The notes under the pieces were generated by a model, which worked only from the letters and a program-made list of their open reading frames with translations, was not told the origin of the DNA and ran no database searches. A DNA stretch of 64,000 nucleotides, from NCBI GenBank assembly GCA_045046875.1, contig JASFYY010000030.1, positions 33,525 to 97,524 on the forward strand. Direction: 5' to 3'. Position numbers and translations under genes: made by a program. This DNA comes from Verrucomicrobiota bacterium (lineage in GTDB: Bacteria > Verrucomicrobiota > Verrucomicrobiia > Verrucomicrobiales > DEV007). Positions 27,882 through 39,372 of the stretch are shown piece by piece; positions within the stretch are counted from its first letter, which is position 1; each line of letters begins with the position of its first letter.

Positions 27882-29114
27882 CTACTTGCCCTTGTTCCAG
27901 ATAATGTGTGTGCCGGATTTCCCTGGCACCACCACCTCTTTCCAACCATCACCATCCATGTCGATCACGCGAATCTGCAAACCAATGCCAGGCGCTTTCC
28001 CCGATTCTCCCTGGGCAATTTTTTTGGGCTTGGACCAAGTTTGCGCTTCGCCATCCCAATCATAATAATGCACCGTGGCTTTGTCCCCCGATCCTGGATC
28101 ACTTCCTGAGTGGGCAAAATAACGTTTACCGGTGATCAACTCGGGCTGACCATCATTGTCGATATCCTCCCACGCCAGCGCATGCGCTTGGGAGAATTTT
28201 TTATCGATCTCATGGATCCTCCAAGTGGTTTGACCATTCTTTTGTGTGTCCTGCTGTTCCATCCAGTAAACGCCGTAGTTGTGGCCGTCGGCCCAGATGA
28301 TGTCATTTTTGCCGTCTTTGTTAAGATCGACAACCAACGAAGGGCAACTGCCGTGAGGCATGGTGAAATCATTGTGGTATTTCCACGCAGAGGCAGTCGG
28401 ACCCGCCGCCGGTTGTTCATACCAGCCATCTTTATACAGAATATCTTGTTTGCCGTCGCCGTTGATATCGCCAAAACCCATACCGTGTCCATTGCCGCTG
28501 GCGGAAATAGTGTGTTTTTTCAACACCGGCTTGCCTTCGCCGTCTTTGGCAAAAGTCCACATATCCATCGGACTGTCATCCTTCCAACTGTTCTCAAAAT
28601 ACTCAGGTTTGCCGTCACCGTCGATATCGTGCAAATAACTGATCTCGTTGTGGGATGTTCCGGTATCCGCTAACAAATGACCTTTCCAGCCCTCCCCCTC
28701 ATATTTGCCTTTGCCCGGATTTTCATACCAAAAAACCTCGCTGACCGTAAATCCACCAGCCACCACATCCAAATCGCCGTCACCATCCACATCCAGCAGG
28801 TGGTCCGAATTGTTCATCATGTAGTCCTTGCCAAAAGTTTCCAGAGTGCGGATTTTCAGACCTTTGAAATCCGGTGCCGCATACCAGTATTCTCCAGCGA
28901 CCACATCCAATTTGCCATCACCGTTGATATCCCCCACGGCCACGCCTTCATTGTTATCCATCCGCAACTGCTGCACCTTGAACTTCAAACCTGCCGGTTT
29001 TTTACCTTTTACCGCTTTAGGAGCCGCGATCAATGTTCCAGCAGACAACAGGGCGATCGATAACATTGGGATTATTTTCTTCATCTTCATGGGGAATACT
29101 AGAGCACAAATCAT
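27882..29114 (-). CDS. FG-GAP/VCBS repeat protein
   Basis: Multiple DxNGDGxxD repeats; signal peptide. Confidence 0.85.
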   Translation of the reverse strand: MICALVFPMKMKKIIPMLSIALLSAGTLIAAPKAVKGKKPAGLKFKVQQLRMDNNEGVAVGDINGDGKLDVVAGEYWYAAPDFKGLKIRTLETFGKDYMMNNSDHLLDVDGDGDLDVVAGGFTVSEVFWYENPGKGKYEGEGWKGHLLADTGTSHNEISYLHDIDGDGKPEYFENSWKDDSPMDMWTFAKDGEGKPVLKKHTISASGNGHGMGFGDINGDGKQDILYKDGWYEQPAAGPTASAWKYHNDFTMPHGSCPSLVVDLNKDGKNDIIWADGHNYGVYWMEQQDTQKNGQTTWRIHEIDKKFSQAHALAWEDIDNDGQPELITGKRYFAHSGSDPGSGDKATVHYYDWDGEAQTWSKPKKIAQGESGKAPGIGLQIRVIDMDGDGWKEVVVPGKSGTHIIWNKGK

Positions 29115-29216
29115 CCGGCATTCCTAATGGCTAATTATTAATTCCAATTGTTCAGCCACCCTGCTTGCCTTTTGTGGCAATCGAAAGCATACTGGAACGG
29201 CTATAGCCTTCATTTT

Positions 29217-30437
29217 ATGAGCGAAAATCCAACCGCCAAAACACCTTTCAGTCCGATCGAAGAAGTCATCGCCGACATCGCAGCCGGACGCATGGTGGTC
29301 GTCACCGATGATGCCGATCGCGAGAACGAAGGCGACCTGATTGCCGCCGCAGATAAGATCACTCCGGAAATGATCAATTTCATGATCACCCATGGGCGCG
29401 GACTGATCTGCGCACCGCTGATGCCCGATGCGGTGCAACGCCTCGACCTGCCGCCGATGGCTCGCCGCAATACAGAGAAATACGGCACCGCCTTCACGGT
29501 TGCCGTGGATGCGCGCGAAGGCATCAGCACTGGTATCAGTGCTCCTGACCGGGCCCGCACCATTCAGATTTTAGCCGATCCCAATTCGGCTCCCGACGAT
29601 CTGGTTCAACCCGGCCATATCCTACCATTGCAAGCCCGTCCCGGCGGCGTTTTGCGCAGAGCCGGTCACACCGAGGCCGCCGTCGATCTTGCCCGCTTGG
29701 CCGGTTGCCAGCCTGCAGGAGTTATCTGCGAAATCCTCAATGACAGCGGCACCATGGCGAGGCTGCCGGACTTGGTTATTTTTGCAAAAAAACACGGCTT
29801 GAAAATCTGCTCAATCGAAGCCCTGATCGACTACCGGCGCAGCCGCGAAAAACTGGTGGAACGCCTCGAGACGATCAACATGCCAACGGACTATGGCGAT
29901 TTCAAGCTCAACCTCTATCGCTCCGTTTACGATGAAGGCGATAACCATCTGGCGCTGGTCAAAGGAAACATCGATGCCGATACTCCCGTTTTGGTTCGTG
30001 TTCACAGCGAATGCCTCACCGGCGATGTTTTTGGCTCGCGGCGCTGTGATTGCGGAGGGCAGTTGCATGCCGCCATGCGCTCCATCGAAAAAGCAGAATC
30101 CGGCGTATTGGTTTACCTCAAACAAGAAGGTCGCGGCATCGGCCTGGCCAACAAAATCCACGCTTACAAACTTCAGGAAGAAGGATTCGACACCGTCGAA
30201 GCTAATGAAAAACTCGGGTTCCCGATGGACTTAAGAGACTACGGCCTGGGTGCTCAAATCCTCTACGATCTCGGAGTGCGCAAGATGCGACTGATGACCA
30301 ACAACCCACGCAAAATCATCGGCCTCGAAGGGCATCACCTCACCATCGTCGAGCAAGTGCCGGTCGTCATCGACCCCAATGAGCACAATCAAAAATACCT
30401 GCAAACCAAAAAAGAAAAAATGGGCCACCTGCTCTAA
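29217..30437 (+). CDS. ribBA: Bifunctional DHBP synthase / GTP cyclohydrolase II
   Basis: [33 protein letters not shown]. Confidence 0.95.
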   Translation: MSENPTAKTPFSPIEEVIADIAAGRMVVVTDDADRENEGDLIAAADKITPEMINFMITHGRGLICAPLMPDAVQRLDLPPMARRNTEKYGTAFTVAVDAREGISTGISAPDRARTIQILADPNSAPDDLVQPGHILPLQARPGGVLRRAGHTEAAVDLARLAGCQPAGVICEILNDSGTMARLPDLVIFAKKHGLKICSIEALIDYRRSREKLVERLETINMPTDYGDFKLNLYRSVYDEGDNHLALVKGNIDADTPVLVRVHSECLTGDVFGSRRCDCGGQLHAAMRSIEKAESGVLVYLKQEGRGIGLANKIHAYKLQEEGFDTVEANEKLGFPMDLRDYGLGAQILYDLGVRKMRLMTNNPRKIIGLEGHHLTIVEQVPVVIDPNEHNQKYLQTKKEKMGHLL

Positions 30438-30463
30438 GCCTAAACTCCTGAATCCTCCTTCCA

Positions 30464-30952
30464 ATGAGCGACCAAGCTTTCCCCACCAATCCCGAGCCCG
30501 ATTCCACCGCTCGTCACATTGTCATCGTAGCCAGCCAATACAACCCACGCTTCACCGACGGGTTGGTGAATTCCGCGCAAGCCGAACTCGCACGTTTGCT
30601 GCCGCAAGCCAATATAGAAATCCATCGCGTACCAGGTGCTTTTGAGATCCCGGTGGTGGTCGAAGCCGTCTGTCAGAATTCAAACCCACCCGACGCCGTC
30701 ATCGCCCTCGGAGTCATCATCCGTGGCTCGACCGCCCACGCCGACCTGATCGCAGCCACCATCACCGACTCGCTGCAACGCAGCGCCCTCGATCACCTGA
30801 TCCCGGTCATCCACGAAGTCCTGCTGCTCGATAACGAAAAACAAGCCGAGGAACGCGCCCTAGGCTCACAGCTCAACCGCGGCATCGAATCAGCCCAAGC
30901 CGCCGCCGCCATGCTCAAAGTGTTTGCAGGCCTAAAAAATTCTAACTCCTAA
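30464..30952 (+). CDS. ribH: 6,7-dimethyl-8-ribityllumazine synthase
   Basis: VPGAFEIP, ALGVIIRGST. Confidence 0.92.
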   Translation: MSDQAFPTNPEPDSTARHIVIVASQYNPRFTDGLVNSAQAELARLLPQANIEIHRVPGAFEIPVVVEAVCQNSNPPDAVIALGVIIRGSTAHADLIAATITDSLQRSALDHLIPVIHEVLLLDNEKQAEERALGSQLNRGIESAQAAAAMLKVFAGLKNSNS

Positions 30953-30978
30953 CTTCTTCCTTCTAACTTCTCTCTTTG

Positions 30979-32034
30979 TCACTTCCAAACGATTTTTGCA
31001 TTTGGCAGTCTCTTCTGCAACTGTTTCACGCCTTTCGCCGTGACTTTAGAATGCCACAAATAAACCTCTCTCAAGCTCTTGAGTTTGCCAAGTTGCTGCA
31101 AGCCCTTGTCACTGACTTGAGTGCTGTAAAGGTTAATGTAACGAAGGTTTTTCAAAGTCGCCAAGTGTGCCATCCCGGCATCACCCACTTGCGTTTCATG
31201 GAGATCCAATCTCACTAGACGTTCCAATTTTCCAATAGATTCCAAGGCCGTATCAGTGATCCCTGTCTGTGATAAATCCAACAAGGCCAGATGATTTTCC
31301 AAAGCACTTAATCCAGCCAAGGAATCATCCCCCACCTCCTGCTCCGAATGGCGAAAATCGACGGCGAGCAGTGGACTTTGCTCAGCCAATGGCATCACTC
31401 GTCCTCCCTTTTCTACAATAGCTTTCCATTGCCCCTCGCTGATCGGCTTCAATCCTGCCGCAAGTTTTTTATAAACCTCCTGAATCTCTGAAACCGGAAT
31501 CTTTCCGCCGGAGTTGCTTAGCTCTTTGGGTTTACCTTCGAGACTGCCCGCCCATCCACCAAAATCAGCCCCTTCATCAATCCACTGTTTTAACAAAACC
31601 TTCTGATCCTCGGTCAACGCATCCGCCTTGCCCTCCGGCGGCATCACATCATCGTCATCCGCAGGCAGCATCACCGAGGTGTAGATCGCACTTTCATCCG
31701 CCTTGCCCACATCAATGATCGCGCCATCTTCACTGCCCAATGTGATCGCCCAGGCCGCATCCAATCGCAGCCCCCCTTTGGGCTTTTTTAATTTGCCGTC
31801 TTTTTTGTAAGGGGCCCGGTGACAATCAACACAACTGTTCTTCAAGAAAGGCCAGATTTGTTTTTCAAAATTTACTTTGCGGCTCTGAGCCGGAGACTCC
31901 GTAGCCGAAAAAAGCAAGCTGCCCAGCAAACACAGAGCGAAGCTGATTTTTTTATGAAAAGAATTGATCATGCGCTCACTGTAAACAATGAGCCCCTCCA
32001 CGCAATGACGTGATCCCGCCATCCCGCGTTTCAT
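30979..32034 (-). CDS. Planctomycete-type cytochrome c domain plus LRR protein
   Basis: CVDCH, GGLRLD, MPPEG, WIDEGA; C-terminal leucine-rich repeats. Confidence 0.85.
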   Translation of the reverse strand: MKRGMAGSRHCVEGLIVYSERMINSFHKKISFALCLLGSLLFSATESPAQSRKVNFEKQIWPFLKNSCVDCHRAPYKKDGKLKKPKGGLRLDAAWAITLGSEDGAIIDVGKADESAIYTSVMLPADDDDVMPPEGKADALTEDQKVLLKQWIDEGADFGGWAGSLEGKPKELSNSGGKIPVSEIQEVYKKLAAGLKPISEGQWKAIVEKGGRVMPLAEQSPLLAVDFRHSEQEVGDDSLAGLSALENHLALLDLSQTGITDTALESIGKLERLVRLDLHETQVGDAGMAHLATLKNLRYINLYSTQVSDKGLQQLGKLKSLREVYLWHSKVTAKGVKQLQKRLPNAKIVWK

Positions 32035-32195
32035 TTAACATTTAATCATTTAGGATTTATCATTTTTTCTATCTTATCACAGCCATACGTGCCCCCGTCT
32101 TGCCAGGCGCAGCAGAATCCCATCCCTATCACACAAAAAGACCAGAGCAGTTTCCCGCCCCGGTCAATTCAGATTTGATTAGATCAAAAGTGCGC

Positions 32196-32732
32196 TCAGT
32201 CTTTTTTATCGACTTCAGCATCACGTTCCCAAGCGCCAAAATCTGCGCCTTCTTTGATCCATTTGGCAAAAAGTTCTTTCTGCGCATCCGTCCACTGGTC
32301 AGCTTTGCCTTCTGGTGGTTGGTGGTCGTCGTGATCAAGCGGTAACAAAGTGCGTTGCAAAAATTCACTTTCATCAGGTTTGCCCGGTACGATCACTGGA
32401 CCTTCTTCGCCACCTTCCATGAAAGCCTTTTTATTGGTGATCACCATACCTGCTTTTGGCTTGCGTTTGCGACCACGCTCGTCCGTATAGGGAGGTTTGT
32501 GGCACTTCACACAGCTGTTCTTAACGAAAGGCCAGATTTGTTTTTCGAAATCAAGTTTCTCCTCGGCAGCTGCGCTTCCCGCAGTCATACCCAAGGCCAT
32601 TCCGACGACACTAAATAATGAGATGGTTTTTTGCATGGTTTTATTCTGAATAAACAGTCCTACAAATTTAGAACGGCAAAGCAAAAGATCAAATAAGATT
32701 TTCCAAAGTGATTCAAACGGCCACCGCACCAA
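32196..32732 (-). CDS. Planctomycete-type cytochrome c domain protein
   Basis: CVKCH, IVPGKPDES, WIKEGA; true start probably MQKTIS. Confidence 0.8.
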   Translation of the reverse strand: MVRWPFESLWKILFDLLLCRSKFVGLFIQNKTMQKTISLFSVVGMALGMTAGSAAAEEKLDFEKQIWPFVKNSCVKCHKPPYTDERGRKRKPKAGMVITNKKAFMEGGEEGPVIVPGKPDESEFLQRTLLPLDHDDHQPPEGKADQWTDAQKELFAKWIKEGADFGAWERDAEVDKKD

Positions 32733-32838
32733 AAACTAATTTGAACTTCATGAAAGGCCCGTCACCCCCTCTTTATCAGCTAAGGGCCGCGGCCTTAAAA
32801 ACCGCCAAGCATTTGAACCTTCGTGAGCCGCTCACCAC

Positions 32839-33003
32839 GTAGGATAGAATTCCAATTCTGTCTTCTGCCCCTACAATTCACCTCATCACCTGGCAACCAA
32901 TATGGAAATTGGTTCTACGCTCAACGTAACCATTCAGATGGCATGCGCTGACACCCAGCTTCCCTCCCTTCATTCGTGTTCATTTGTGTCCATTCGTGGT
33001 TCA
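32839..33003. repeat. REP-like pair plus ATTCGTG tandem motif
   Basis: GTAGGATAGAATTCCAATTCTGTC ... GGAAATTGGTTCTAC, then ATTCGTGTTCATTTGTGTCCATTCGTGGTT. Confidence 0.55.
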
Positions 33004-33081
33004 CCCCTCCCCCAAGCCTCCCGCGATTGCGCCATGCCTTCGCAGCTGACAGATCGCTGATTAACCCTTAATTTAATACCA

Positions 33082-33708
33082 ATGAAAATTATTGCGACTG
33101 CCCTTGTGGCTTTAACTATGTGTGGTGTTGGCAACACCTTGGCCGGCGAATTATTGATCTCTAAAAAAGGAGAATCGCTGATGGAAGCCGATTTTGCCAG
33201 TGACGGGCCATTAAAATCCCCTTGGACGATGGCTAAAGGAAAGTGGGAAGCCAAGGACGGTGCTTTGTGGGGAGCCGAACTTGAAGCGGACAAACACGCG
33301 GCGGTTCTGCACTACAACAAAAAGGTCCACAACCTCATCGTCGAGTTTGACTACGAAATGCAGGGAGCCAAATTTCTCCATCTGAGTTTTAATCATGCCA
33401 AAGGTCACCTCTGGCGTTTGATGATCACCGACAAAGAAGTACGTTTGCAAAAGGACAAAGACAAAAAGGATCCCAACTCAAAAGCTGAAGTGTCCGCCAA
33501 AGCAAGCCTCAGCTCCAAAACCGGTGAACGCCATCACGTGGTGGTCGAGATCGTCGGATCACAAATCGTCGCCCGCATCGACGATAAAATAACCCTGAAA
33601 GCGTCCAACTCCGCCTTTGACACTCAAAAACCCAACATCCGTTTTATCGTGCGCGGCAAATCCGTGCTGCTCGATGATGTCAAAGCCTGGCAAGCTGAAG
33701 CCAAATAA
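33082..33708 (+). CDS. Exported beta-sandwich (DUF1080/LamG-like) protein
   Basis: Signal peptide, GKWEAKDGAL, beta-rich, LDDVKAW. Confidence 0.6.
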   Translation: MKIIATALVALTMCGVGNTLAGELLISKKGESLMEADFASDGPLKSPWTMAKGKWEAKDGALWGAELEADKHAAVLHYNKKVHNLIVEFDYEMQGAKFLHLSFNHAKGHLWRLMITDKEVRLQKDKDKKDPNSKAEVSAKASLSSKTGERHHVVVEIVGSQIVARIDDKITLKASNSAFDTQKPNIRFIVRGKSVLLDDVKAWQAEAK

Positions 33709-33862
33709 TCTCCCCCCAAAATCCCCCCAAGGGAAAACAGCCCACATCGATCTTCGCATCGGTGTGGGTTTTCTATTCCCCCCTTCCATTCTGAATTCTA
33801 AATCCTGAATTCTAACCACAGCTTCCTTGCAATCCCTGCGCTAATCTGTCATTTTCCCGATT

Positions 33863-35542
33863 ATGTCCGACTACTACCCCTTTGTTATTCTTTTTATTGG
33901 CATGGCCACCGTGATCGGCATGATCATCGGCCTGCGTCTCAATGCTTTTATTGCCCTGATCGCCGCCGCACTGGTGGTGAGTTTTCTGGCTCCCGGGGAG
34001 ATCGGCGACAAGGTCGGGCGGGTAGCGAGTGCATTCGGATCGACTGCCGGAGGCATCGCCATCGTCATTGCCATGGCTGCGGTGATCGGCAAATGTCTGA
34101 TGGAGAGCGGTGCTGCCGACCGCATCGTGCAAGCCTTCCTCAAAGCGCTCGGCGAAAAACGCTCATCGCTGGCTCTGGCAGGTAGTGGATTTGTCCTATC
34201 GATTCCGGTCTTTTTTGACACCGTATTTTATCTACTGGTTCCCCTCGCCCGCTCACTCTACCGCAATACCGGAACCCACTACTTAAAATATGTGCTGGCC
34301 ATCTCTGCCGGAGCGGCGATCACTCACACCCTGGTGCCGCCCACGCCTGGCCCCTTGCTGATGGCACAGCAACTCGGCGTATCGCTCGGCACCATGATCG
34401 GGGTCGGTGCTCTGATCGGCATCCCGGCATCCATCGCCGGACTGGCTTATGGCGCCTGGCTGGATAAAAAAATGCCGATTGAAATGCGTGCCTTGCCCGG
34501 CGATGAAGATCTGCACTCCGAAGCAGATAACGGAGACTCCAATAAAGAACCGCGCAAAACTCCCGGCCTGTTGGTATCCCTGTTGCCGATCTTGTTGCCA
34601 GTGGTTTTGATTGGAATCAATACGGTGCTCGAAACCCAGGCCAATGGTGAGCGTGCGGCCAAATTAGGTGCGGATGAAAAAGTCAACTGGAGCGCTTTAA
34701 AAAGCGAAATCTCAAAAGCCGGCCCCAACAGCCCGCTGAAAAACCTGAGCGATTATCTGCCAGAAGGAAACGATCAAGCAGCTTTGGTCGCAGGTTTCAA
34801 CAAAGCCCTGGTGCAAAAAAACAAAACCCAGGAACGCAAAAACCTGGCTTATGTAGAGCACGAAAACCGTAAGGCCTTCGAAGGCGAAGTCTCGGAAGCG
34901 ATTCTACCCCACCACCTGTGGCTCACTCCGAAGCGCAAGCAGTTCAACGTCAGCAAGTTTTACGGCAACGCTAATTTTGCCCTACTGCTCTCTGCGATCA
35001 TCGCCACCTTGCTTTTTGTGCAGATGAGGAAACCGAGCAAAAAGGAGTTTTCCGATACCATCGAACACGCTTTGATGAGTGCCGGATTGATCATTCTGAT
35101 CACCGCAGCAGGTGGCGCTTTTGGAGCGATGCTGAAAGAAGCTGAGATCGGTGATGCGATCAAAAAACTGTTCACCAGTCAGGATCCGAGCAAAGAGTTC
35201 TCCGGCACTTTGCTGCTCTTCCTGGGTTTCATGATTGCCGCAGTGATCAAAATCGCACAGGGATCAACCACCGTAGCAGTGATCACTGCATCGAGCATGA
35301 TCGCGGCGATGATCGAAGGTATGACGCTCGGGTTCAATCCGGTTTACCTGGCAACCGCCATCGGCGGCGGCGGCCTGGTCGGCTCGTGGATGAATGACAG
35401 CGGCTTCTGGATTTTTTCTAAAATGAGCGGTCTCACCGAACTGGAATCGCTCAAATCCTGGACTCCGTTATTGGTGGTATTAGGCGTGGTCACTTTCATA
35501 TCAACCGTGATCTTATCCATCGTGATGCCACTGAATGGATGA
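33863..35542 (+). CDS. GntP family permease
   Basis: SIPVFFD, LVPPTPGP, AQGSTTVA, MNDSGFW. Confidence 0.9.
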   Translation: MSDYYPFVILFIGMATVIGMIIGLRLNAFIALIAAALVVSFLAPGEIGDKVGRVASAFGSTAGGIAIVIAMAAVIGKCLMESGAADRIVQAFLKALGEKRSSLALAGSGFVLSIPVFFDTVFYLLVPLARSLYRNTGTHYLKYVLAISAGAAITHTLVPPTPGPLLMAQQLGVSLGTMIGVGALIGIPASIAGLAYGAWLDKKMPIEMRALPGDEDLHSEADNGDSNKEPRKTPGLLVSLLPILLPVVLIGINTVLETQANGERAAKLGADEKVNWSALKSEISKAGPNSPLKNLSDYLPEGNDQAALVAGFNKALVQKNKTQERKNLAYVEHENRKAFEGEVSEAILPHHLWLTPKRKQFNVSKFYGNANFALLLSAIIATLLFVQMRKPSKKEFSDTIEHALMSAGLIILITAAGGAFGAMLKEAEIGDAIKKLFTSQDPSKEFSGTLLLFLGFMIAAVIKIAQGSTTVAVITASSMIAAMIEGMTLGFNPVYLATAIGGGGLVGSWMNDSGFWIFSKMSGLTELESLKSWTPLLVVLGVVTFISTVILSIVMPLNG

Positions 35543-35558
35543 ATAGCGCCCACCTACC

Positions 35559-35625
35559 GTAGCGCGGGCTTCCAACCCGCATTCCTTCCCCTCGCGCTCT
35601 AGTCGGGTGGGGACACCCGAGCTAC
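35559..35625. repeat. GTAG...CTAC REP-like pair
   Basis: GTAGCGCGGGCTTCCAACCCGC ... TCGGGTGGGGACACCCGAGCTAC. Confidence 0.6.
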
Positions 35626-35713
35626 TATCTCACGCGCCCACTCTATTGAATAATGGCGCGTATGCGGTGGAAAGTTCTTTTGATTTTCCTTGGACCCGTT
35701 ATAAATACAAACC

Positions 35714-37318
35714 ATGAACCGATTACGAATTCTCGCTTTTGTTTTTGCCTTCCTTTTTCCATCCCTATCGAGCTCCCACGCCGCCGAACGGCCCAACATC
35801 CTGTTCATCTTCTCTGATGATCACGCCCCCCATGCCATCGGGGCTTACAACGGCTGGCTCAAATCTGTCAATCCGACTCCTAACATCGATCAATTAGCCG
35901 CCGATGGCATGTTGTTTGAAAACAGCTTTTGCACCAACTCAATCTGCGGTCCGAGCCGCGCGGTGATCCAAACCGGTAAACACAGTCACAAAAATGGCTT
36001 CATGAACAATGGCAACTCCTTCGATTGGAACCAGCAAACCTTTCCCAAACTGTTACAAAAAGCCGGTTACCAAACGGCGATCTACGGCAAGTCCCATCTC
36101 AAAGGCAAACCCCAGGGTTTTGATGACTGGAAAGTCCTACCCGGCCAGGGGCTTTATTACAATCCCGACTTCATCACCCCTGAAGGCAAGATCACGGTCG
36201 AAGGTTACTGCACCGACATCGTCACCGACATGGCGGCCGACTGGTTAAAAAACAAACGATCCAAAGACAAACCCTTCATGTTGATGGTGCAGCACAAAGC
36301 CCCGCACCGCAACTGGATGCCAGCACCACGCCACTTGCATCTCTACGACGACATCGAAATCCCCGAGCCCACCACCCTGTTTGACAAATGGGAGGACAAC
36401 GCCCCGCCCGCCCGTCACCAGGAATTGGAAATCGATCGTCACATGGATCTCAACTACGATCTTTTTGTCGACCTGACTCCCGACTTTGATCAACCCGCGT
36501 CGCAGAAACGTCAGGATCGCTCGGCGTGGAAAAACATGAAACGCATGACCTCCAAACAACTCGGTATCTGGCGCGATGCTTATGCTCCCAAGGACGCCGC
36601 CTTTCACCAAGCCAAACTCAGCGGCAAAGAACTGGTGCGTTGGAAATACCAGCGCTACGCTAAAAACTACCTGCGTTGTGTCAAAGGGGTGGACGAAAGT
36701 GTCGGCACCCTGCGTGACACTCTCAAGGAACTCGGCCTCGATAAAAATACCATCGTCATCTACAGCTCTGATCAGGGGTTTTTTGTCGGCGATCACGGTT
36801 GGTATGACAAACGTTGGATGTATGAAGAGTCCCTTAAAATGCCCTTCATCGCCAGTTGGCCAGGGGTCACCCAAGCGGGATCCCGCAGCCAGCTTATGAT
36901 TCAAAATCTCGACTACGCCGAGACTTTCCTCGATGTTGCCGGGGCAGAAATCCCCGCCGACATGCAAGGGCTCTCTCTTGTTCCGCTACTGAAAGGCCAG
37001 AATCCCACCGATTGGCGCAAGAGCATTTATTACCACTACTACGAATACCCCAGTGTGCACATGGTGCCACGCCAGTTTGGTATCCGCACCGAGCGTTATA
37101 AGCTGATCCACTTTTATGAATTTGGCAATGAATGGGAACTCTACGATCTACAAACAGATCCGGACGAACTGAGTAATCTCTATGGCAAAAGCAAATACGA
37201 GAGCATCACCGCTGATCTGAAAAAGCAGCTGAAAGACCTACGGGTGAAGTATCAGGACAACACCGGCGGCGAAGCTAAAAGCGAAGAATGGCAGAAAAAA
37301 GTGCGGCCTTTGGAGTAA
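35714..37318 (+). CDS. Sulfatase (S1 family)
   Basis: PNILFIFSDD, CGPSR, SDQG, DKRWMYEES. Confidence 0.92.
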   Translation: MNRLRILAFVFAFLFPSLSSSHAAERPNILFIFSDDHAPHAIGAYNGWLKSVNPTPNIDQLAADGMLFENSFCTNSICGPSRAVIQTGKHSHKNGFMNNGNSFDWNQQTFPKLLQKAGYQTAIYGKSHLKGKPQGFDDWKVLPGQGLYYNPDFITPEGKITVEGYCTDIVTDMAADWLKNKRSKDKPFMLMVQHKAPHRNWMPAPRHLHLYDDIEIPEPTTLFDKWEDNAPPARHQELEIDRHMDLNYDLFVDLTPDFDQPASQKRQDRSAWKNMKRMTSKQLGIWRDAYAPKDAAFHQAKLSGKELVRWKYQRYAKNYLRCVKGVDESVGTLRDTLKELGLDKNTIVIYSSDQGFFVGDHGWYDKRWMYEESLKMPFIASWPGVTQAGSRSQLMIQNLDYAETFLDVAGAEIPADMQGLSLVPLLKGQNPTDWRKSIYYHYYEYPSVHMVPRQFGIRTERYKLIHFYEFGNEWELYDLQTDPDELSNLYGKSKYESITADLKKQLKDLRVKYQDNTGGEAKSEEWQKKVRPLE

Positions 37319-37469
37319 AAGGTGATGGCAGCGACCCTAACAAAGAATTGAAGCTCACACTTGATCTCTTGTCGATCCTCGGTAACCGTTGGCATCGATT
37401 TATCCTTCGTATTCAAAGCTAACGCTTGCCTGATACTCTTACTACTAAAACTGCTGAAACCTAAAAAAG

Positions 37470-37823
37470 ATGGACTACACATTTTATAAACTACTTCACA
37501 TGATCGGTCTGTGTTCCCTTTTCCTGGGTCTGGGCGGCATGATCTCTTACTCCAAAGGCACCTCTCCCTTCAAAGGTCTGATCGGCGCTTTTCATGGTAT
37601 CGGGCTTGTTCTGATCCTGGTTGGAGGTTTCGGCATCGCAGCAAAACATCACCTCGGCTTTCCCACCTGGATGATGATCAAACTTGGCATCTGGATCGTT
37701 ATGGCCGCAATGATTCCTCTTGCCAAAAAAGGCATCCTCAAAGGAGCTGCCCTATGGGGAACCGTTCTCATTCTCGGTGCTTTTGCCGCCTACCTCGGCG
37801 TCGTCAGACCTTTTCAGGGCTGA
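37470..37823 (+). CDS. Small four-TM protein (SirB2-like)
   Basis: YKLLH...HGIGL...WMMIKL pattern. Confidence 0.6.
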   Translation: MDYTFYKLLHMIGLCSLFLGLGGMISYSKGTSPFKGLIGAFHGIGLVLILVGGFGIAAKHHLGFPTWMMIKLGIWIVMAAMIPLAKKGILKGAALWGTVLILGAFAAYLGVVRPFQG

Positions 37824-37844
37824 TCGCTGAGACCACAAACGGGC

Positions 37845-39335
37845 TCAAGCCCAGCCCTTGCTAAGTTCGACAGCGCGCGACCAGCGCTTCATCTTGTCAG
37901 CTACCTGCTGAGCATCCAAGTTTGGCTCGAAGCTTTGGCCAACAGCCCACTGCTTCGCTATCTCCGCTTGATCCTGCCATACTCCCGTGGCCAGACCTGC
38001 TAGATACGCTGCTCCCAGCGCCGTGGTTTCCGGAATGCGAGCCCGCACCACTTTCACCCCCAGCATGTCTGCTTGAAATTGCATCAACAGAGCATTCATC
38101 GAAGCGCCTCCATCCACCCGCAACTGCTCGAGTTTGATACCGCTATCTGCTTCCATCGCCTGCAGCAGTTCCACCGACTGATAAGCGATGCCTTCCAGTG
38201 CCGCCCGCGCAATATGACCGCGGTTTGAACCACGGGTCAATCCTACCAACAAACCACGGGCATCAGGATCCCAGTGAGGAGCTCCCAGACCAGACAGGGC
38301 CGGCACAAAATAAACCCCGCCATTATCCTCCACCGACTCAGCCAAAGCTTCGATTTCTTCCGCTGATTGCACGATCCCTAATTGATCGCGCAACCACTGC
38401 ACCACCGCACCGCCGATAAACACACTGCCCTCCAACGCATAATTCACTTCATCGCCTATTTTCCAAGCGACCGTGGTCAATAACTTGTTTTTGGAAAACA
38501 CCGGTTTGCTGCCGGTATTCATCAGTAAAAAACAACCGGTGCCATAAGTATTTTTTGCCATTCCCGGCTGGTGGCAGGCCTGACCAAACAAAGCCGCCTG
38601 TTGATCCCCTGCGATTCCAGCGATAGCAATTGATTCGCCAAAAAGGTCCGCCTCGGTCTCAGCATAAACTTCACTGCTCGAACGCACTTCCGGCAGCAAA
38701 CTTTTATCCACTCCCAACCATTGCAGTAATTCATCGTCCCACTGCATCGTCTCGATATTAAAAAGCATCGTGCGACTGGCATTGCTAACGTCTGTAATGT
38801 GCAAGCGTCCCCCGGTCAAATTCCAAACCAACCAGCTATCAATCGTGCCAAAGGCCAGCTCCCCTTTCTCCGCCCGCTCTCGTGCGCCTTCCACATTGTC
38901 CAAAATCCAACGGATCTTGGTTCCGGAAAAATAAGCGTCCACCACCAAACCCGTCTTGCGATGAATCGCCTGTTCATGCCCCGCCTGTTTCAACTCATCA
39001 CAAAATCCTGCCGTGCGCCGATCCTGCCACACAATCGCCGGACAAATAGCCTTCCCTGTCTCGCGATCCCACACCACCGTCGTCTCCCGTTGATTGGTGA
39101 TCCCGATACCCGCCACTTGATCAGCTGTGATCCCCGCTTTGTCTAGAGCTTGTTTAGCGGTATGCAATTGGGTCTGCCAAATTTCCTCAGCATCATGCTC
39201 CACCCAGCCGGGTTGAGGGAAATGCTGAGGAAACTCCTGCTGCGCCGAAGCCACCGCCTTACCTTCTTTATCAAAAATAATCGTGCGGGAACTGGTGGTT
39301 CCCTGATCCAAAGCCATCACAAATGAATTATCCAT
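37845..39335 (-). CDS. glpK: Glycerol kinase
   Basis: [31 protein letters not shown]. Confidence 0.96.
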   Translation of the reverse strand: MDNSFVMALDQGTTSSRTIIFDKEGKAVASAQQEFPQHFPQPGWVEHDAEEIWQTQLHTAKQALDKAGITADQVAGIGITNQRETTVVWDRETGKAICPAIVWQDRRTAGFCDELKQAGHEQAIHRKTGLVVDAYFSGTKIRWILDNVEGARERAEKGELAFGTIDSWLVWNLTGGRLHITDVSNASRTMLFNIETMQWDDELLQWLGVDKSLLPEVRSSSEVYAETEADLFGESIAIAGIAGDQQAALFGQACHQPGMAKNTYGTGCFLLMNTGSKPVFSKNKLLTTVAWKIGDEVNYALEGSVFIGGAVVQWLRDQLGIVQSAEEIEALAESVEDNGGVYFVPALSGLGAPHWDPDARGLLVGLTRGSNRGHIARAALEGIAYQSVELLQAMEADSGIKLEQLRVDGGASMNALLMQFQADMLGVKVVRARIPETTALGAAYLAGLATGVWQDQAEIAKQWAVGQSFEPNLDAQQVADKMKRWSRAVELSKGWA

Positions 39336-39372
39336 GACGGTATTTTGCGAAATTTATCGCCACAATAAAAGC

